From Candidatus Altimarinota bacterium (GTDB taxonomy: Bacteria; Patescibacteriota; Gracilibacteria; JBDHUY01): a stretch of DNA of 11,039 nucleotides. The position numbers were made by a program, and so were the translations under genes. The stretch is taken from positions 1 to 11,039 of the forward strand of contig JBDHUY010000026.1 in NCBI GenBank assembly GCA_039809385.1, written 5' to 3'. The notes under the pieces are model-generated. The model saw only the letters and a list, made by a program, of their open reading frames with translations, was not told the origin of the DNA and searched no databases. Positions 7,465 to 11,039 of the stretch are shown one piece after another (position 1 is the stretch's first letter; every line of letters begins with the position of its first letter).

Positions 7465-8325
7465 CTATTTATACTGAAATACTATGCCCCGCCGCGTCCC
7501 GGAAAAATCGTTGAAGACCCGGATAGAGGGATCGAAAAATGTAAATCGGATCAGTTTTTTCAACGTTTTAATCTGTGCCGGATCGCACTCGACCAGGCAG
7601 AAAACCTCTTTTCCGGCCAGATGCGAAGCCATCTGACGAAACAGCCGCTGATAAATATCCAGACCGTCTTGCCCGCCCCAAAGTGCCAGATGGGGTTCGA
7701 AGTTACCCACATCAGGCATGAGACTGGACATTTCGTCGGAAGTTATATAGGGCAGGTTGGCGGTTATGACGATCTTGGAAAAAGGCCCTATGGAGACATC
7801 TTGGAAAAGATCGGTACGCTGGAATCGCAAGGAATTGCAACGGTGAAAACGGGCGTTCTTTTGAGCAATTTCTACCGCTTGGGGAGAAATATCAGTACCA
7901 ATTATCGTAAGATCTGGAAAATGATGTGACATTGCAATCGCGATGGCGCCGCTACCGGTTCCGACATCGATCATCATGGTCTCTTCAGGATCGAAATGTC
8001 TGATGAGATTGATCGCTTCCTGTACTAAACATTCGGTATCGGGGCGGGGAATTAACACATGTTCGTTGACGCTCAAATCAAGTCCGAAAAACGATTGTTT
8101 TCCCAGGATATAGGCTACGGGTTCATGTTTTACCCTCCGTAGCAACAATCTTTGGTAAGATTGCTCGTGGTCAACCGAAACAGTAGAAGTTGGGTTGGAC
8201 AAAAGCCATGAACGCGGTTTTGCCAAAGCAACCGCCAGCAAGAGCTGGGCATCCAGAAGCGGCGTAGCGGAAGTTTCCCGCAAAACCGACTGTCCTTGCT
8301 GCAAAAGATCGGCAATGGTTGTCAT
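7465..8325 (-). CDS. prmC: Release factor glutamine N5-methyltransferase (HemK/PrmC)
   Basis: EPVAYILG, VLIPRPDTE, SAM-binding IDVGTGSGAIA, NLPY (NPPY variant), EPHLALWGGQDGL. ATG 8325 (MTTIADLL) preferred to the ORF-track start at 8412. Confidence 0.93.
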   Translation of the reverse strand: MTTIADLLQQGQSVLRETSATPLLDAQLLLAVALAKPRSWLLSNPTSTVSVDHEQSYQRLLLRRVKHEPVAYILGKQSFFGLDLSVNEHVLIPRPDTECLVQEAINLIRHFDPEETMMIDVGTGSGAIAIAMSHHFPDLTIIGTDISPQAVEIAQKNARFHRCNSLRFQRTDLFQDVSIGPFSKIVITANLPYITSDEMSSLMPDVGNFEPHLALWGGQDGLDIYQRLFRQMASHLAGKEVFCLVECDPAQIKTLKKLIRFTFFDPSIRVFNDFSGTRRGIVFQYK

Positions 8326-8360
8326 GAAATAGAAAAAGGAATACCGGATGACCCCCGGAC

Positions 8361-8389
8361 ATAGTGCCAAAATCGATTTTCGAGAGCAA
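8361..8389 (-). promoter_or_regulatory. Possible internal promoter for prmC-comF with a palindrome in the spacer
   Basis: Minus strand TTGCTC (8389-8384), 17-nt spacer ending TGG, CACTAT (8366-8361). Perfect palindrome AAAATCGATTTT at 8369-8380. Confidence 0.35.
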
Positions 8390-8414
8390 GAGTAGAGATT
8401 TATTAACAACACCT

Positions 8415-10601
8415 CTACCTATCCGGCGGCAGATTATAGTAATCGGCCATAAACGTCGCCAGTTCCTGAAAGAGCGGAGCGGCAGTAGCATCACCCCACG
8501 GAGAAGAACGCGGACGGACGATTTTGACGATCATTACCAGTTTTGGATTGTTGGCCGGGAAATAGCCGCCGAAACCGGCGATCGTCGACCCGTTCCCCTC
8601 TTCGAAGCCGGCTTTTCCTTCCAAAGCAATCTGGGCCGTACCGGTTTTCCCGGCCACATAATAATGATCCAGACGGGCTTTCCGGGCCACGCCTTGCTCG
8701 ACTGAACTGATGAGCATCGCGGTCACCGTATCGGCCGTATCTTTGCTGATCACTCGCCGAATAATATCGACTCCGCTTTTTTCACTTTTTCCGTCAGGGT
8801 GAATTACTTCTCTGACAATATGAGGTTGCAGGATAAGCCCGCCGTTCGCCAGCGCGGAATACGAAACAGCCATTTGGAGAGGCGTAACGGTAATTCCTTG
8901 ACCAAAAGAAATAGTAAGCAGATTAGAAGCAGCCCAATTTCGAAAATATTTTAAGAATCCTTTCTCTTCTTCATCCAGTTCCACATCCGTCCGTTCGCCG
9001 AACCCAAAATTAACCAGATAGTTATAGAAGAGACTTTTACCGAGTTTCTTGGCGATCGACGCCATCCCGATATTACAGGAATAATTCAGAGCATGAGTCA
9101 TGTCGTGAGTTCCCAGACACGCCTGAGAAACATTGTGAATCGTATACTCATCTACGGTGAGTTCACCTTTGTCATAATAGGTTGTATTCGGAGATATCTC
9201 GCCAGAATCAATCCCAATTGCCACGGTAACAGGCTTAAAAATAGATCCCGGCTCATAAGGAACACCGACAATCGAATTAAAAAAGACGGAGGGACCAAAC
9301 TTGTTTTCGTATGTAAGATACTTCTTATCACCTAGCTCTTTCAGTACCGTCATGGTCTTACCAGGATCGAAGTTGATCTCTTTAGTTTTATATGCATCTG
9401 AATATTTATTAGGATCAAAGCCCGGATACTGTGCCGATGCGACGATCTCGCCGGTGAAGGGGTCCATGACAATTACCGAGCCGCTGTCGGCACGGTAATC
9501 TTCCACGGCTTTTTTGAGACGTTTTTGAACTTCTGCCTGAACGCCCCGATCAAGGGTAAGCACAATCGAACTCCCGTCTTTGGCGGGCTTGATATTGCTT
9601 TCTCCCACTGTCAGGTTGCGGCCGAACGGATCGCTGGTCGACTCGATTTCTCCTTCCACGCCCCGCAATTCCGCATCAAATTTTCTTTCAATGCCGTATT
9701 GCGGATTGCTTGATGTGTCCATAAATCCCACGATCGAGGCAGCCAGATCGTTTTCCGGATAGAAGCGCCAGTGTTCCGGAACCAGTACTATTCCCTTCAA
9801 TTTCAGAGCTTCGATTTTATCTGATATTTCGGCTTGTAAGCGGTTCGCCAGGGGCACATAACGGGATGACCGGCGAGTAAGTTTGACGATCATGTCGTCG
9901 GTGGAAAAATCCAACAGTGGCGAGAGCTGTGCAGCGACCTGTTCTTTGTTACGGATACGGGTAGGATCGGCAAATATTTCTTCTTTGCTGACGAAAACTC
10001 CTTCGATATTGAGCGATTTCACTTTTTCACGTAAGACTTCGTCTTCGGGTTTCTCGAAATAGAATTTTTTAAACACCACCTTTGTTACCTCTTTTTCGGA
10101 AATTTTGGTATAAATGGTACGAGAAATATCGGCTATCAGTTGGTCTTTTTCTTTGGTAACTTCCTTCTGAATTTCTTTTTTCTGTCCTTTTACCGTGACC
10201 GTTTCGGTAACGAGATTCGTTCCGCCGGTATACTTGTCTACCGCTTTGGTGCAATCCATTTTTTCCAGACCACTACAGATATGCTCGTATATGAGCACAG
10301 AAAGCTTGTCCGCCACGTCCCGTTCGTTTTCCACGAACTGCGGATCCACGTATACCAGATCCTGAGTAATGTTGGTGGCAAGTTTATAATAGCTGCCGGA
10401 ACGCGGATCCTGTAATAAAATCTCGCCCCGTTTGGCCGGAAGTTTGATCGATCCATAGTGTTGCTCGCGGGCCTGATCCGAATAGAATTCGTGCCGCATA
10501 ACCTGCAAATAAAAAAGGCGTCCCAATACCGCGACGAAAAAGACAGAAAAGCCAACAGCTACGATTAAGTAGCGATTTATTTCACGTTTGCGCTTTGTCA
10601 T
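8415..10601 (-). CDS. ftsI: Class B penicillin-binding protein (FtsI/PBP2-type D,D-transpeptidase)
   Basis: N-terminal TM, RLFYLQV, AKRGEI, RFYP, GIE, LTLD and catalytic motifs SxxK (YEPGSIFK), SxN (YSCN) and KTG (GKTGTAQ). ATG 10601 (MTKRK) preferred to TTG 10616 given the promoter position. ftsI versus mrdA assignment is by resemblance. Confidence 0.88.
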   Translation of the reverse strand: MTKRKREINRYLIVAVGFSVFFVAVLGRLFYLQVMRHEFYSDQAREQHYGSIKLPAKRGEILLQDPRSGSYYKLATNITQDLVYVDPQFVENERDVADKLSVLIYEHICSGLEKMDCTKAVDKYTGGTNLVTETVTVKGQKKEIQKEVTKEKDQLIADISRTIYTKISEKEVTKVVFKKFYFEKPEDEVLREKVKSLNIEGVFVSKEEIFADPTRIRNKEQVAAQLSPLLDFSTDDMIVKLTRRSSRYVPLANRLQAEISDKIEALKLKGIVLVPEHWRFYPENDLAASIVGFMDTSSNPQYGIERKFDAELRGVEGEIESTSDPFGRNLTVGESNIKPAKDGSSIVLTLDRGVQAEVQKRLKKAVEDYRADSGSVIVMDPFTGEIVASAQYPGFDPNKYSDAYKTKEINFDPGKTMTVLKELGDKKYLTYENKFGPSVFFNSIVGVPYEPGSIFKPVTVAIGIDSGEISPNTTYYDKGELTVDEYTIHNVSQACLGTHDMTHALNYSCNIGMASIAKKLGKSLFYNYLVNFGFGERTDVELDEEEKGFLKYFRNWAASNLLTISFGQGITVTPLQMAVSYSALANGGLILQPHIVREVIHPDGKSEKSGVDIIRRVISKDTADTVTAMLISSVEQGVARKARLDHYYVAGKTGTAQIALEGKAGFEEGNGSTIAGFGGYFPANNPKLVMIVKIVRPRSSPWGDATAAPLFQELATFMADYYNLPPDR

Positions 10602-10620
10602 ATGAGAGAAAATCAAGGGC

Positions 10621-10649
10621 AGTGTAGCAAAAGGAAGGTCTCATTTCAA
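10621..10649 (-). promoter_or_regulatory. Putative sigma70 promoter for the PBP gene
   Basis: Minus strand TTGAAA (10649-10644), 17-nt spacer ending TGC (extended -10), TACACT (10626-10621). Confidence 0.7.
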
Positions 10650-10667
10650 CTTATTGAATCGGTGTAA

Positions 10668-10696
10668 TTGACTTTGCGCACCAAGATCTATAGTAT
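10668..10696 (+). promoter_or_regulatory. Near-consensus sigma70 promoter driving the tRNA-like repeat array
   Basis: TTGACT (10668-10673), 17-nt spacer, TAGTAT (10691-10696). Back-to-back with the PBP promoter. Confidence 0.75.
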
Positions 10697-10724
10697 GTCA
10701 AAGCAGTTTTTTTGATTATTGTCT

Positions 10725-10795
10725 CGGGGACTGGTTAATTGGTTAGCGCGTCCCGACGTGAGTGTCGGGAAGGCTATGGGTTTAATCCCTGATGC
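10725..10795 (+). pseudogene. Degenerate tRNA-Pro-like sequence, copy 1, anticodon arm replaced by a palindrome
   Basis: CGGGGACTGGTTAATTGGTTAGCGCG (decayed acceptor 5' strand and D arm), hairpin TCCCGAC-GTGAGT-GTCGGGA (10751-10770), then AGGCT-ATGGG-TTTAATC-CCTGA (variable loop and T-arm remnant). Confidence 0.55.
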
Positions 10796-10884
10796 AGTGT
10801 ACGAGAGTAAAGATGTGAGGAATGTTTGATAGATGTATACTATTTGTTTAGAGGTTAGTATTTCGAATTTAGAAATTTTCTCAT

Positions 10885-10956
10885 CGGGGTGTGGCGCAAT
10901 TGGCTAGCGCGTCCCGATGTGAGTGTCGGGAAGGCTATGGGTTTAAGTCCTGATGC
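10885..10956 (+). pseudogene. tRNA-Pro-like sequence, copy 2, anticodon arm replaced by a palindrome
   Basis: CGGGGTG-TG-GCGC-AATTGGCTA-GCGC-G is a typical tRNA-Pro 5' end with an intact D stem. Then TCCCGAT-GTGAGT-GTCGGGA (10912-10931), AGGCT, ATGGG-TTTAAGT-CCTGA. No complementary 3' acceptor strand or CCA. Confidence 0.7.
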
Positions 10957-11039
10957 AGAGTATATGAGGATAAAGATATGAGGAATGTTTGTATAGATGT
11001 ATAGTATTTGTTTAGAGGTTAGTATTTCGAATTTAGAAA

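Larger units (their letters stand above)
10725..11039 (+). repeat. Tandem direct repeat, 160-bp period, at least two units (10725-10884; 10885-11039, truncated)
   Basis: The units align along their length with scattered substitutions and small indels. The 35 nt at 10841-10875 are identical to 11005-11039. Confidence 0.95.

Noticed and set aside
7745-7765. NLPY instead of NPPY in PrmC as a sign of inactivation
   Set aside because: NLPY is a recognised natural variant of the PrmC motif, and all other motifs are intact.
10885-10965. Functional tRNA-Pro gene
   Set aside because: No 7-nt anticodon loop, the T loop reads TTTAAGT rather than TTC, the T stem is weak, and there is no 3' acceptor strand or CCA.
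10841-11039. CRISPR array suggested by two identical 35-nt blocks
   Set aside because: The intervening ~129 nt is too long for a spacer and is itself homologous to the sequence before the first block. No cas genes are in the window. It is a tandem duplication.

Overview
Mostly housekeeping DNA from a bacterium using genetic code 11. The gene set, the lack of Shine-Dalgarno sites and the NLPY-type PrmC suggest a Patescibacteria/CPR lineage (inference). In window order it encodes a membrane-anchored TPR protein and holB (both - strand), a 658-aa pseudo-PP2C/TM/beta-propeller protein (-), an orphan Pol-beta-type nucleotidyltransferase-like protein (+), a four-domain ribosomal protein S1 (+), and on the - strand ComF, PrmC and a class B PBP (FtsI-like) with an internally duplicated head subdomain. 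Several sigma70-type promoters and terminators are visible. The most unusual element is at the 3' end. A near-consensus promoter points into a tandem array with 160-bp period. Each unit starts with a tRNA-Pro-like sequence whose anticodon arm is replaced by a 20-nt palindromic hairpin (TCCCGAY-GTGAGT-GTCGGGA). The array runs off the window edge.
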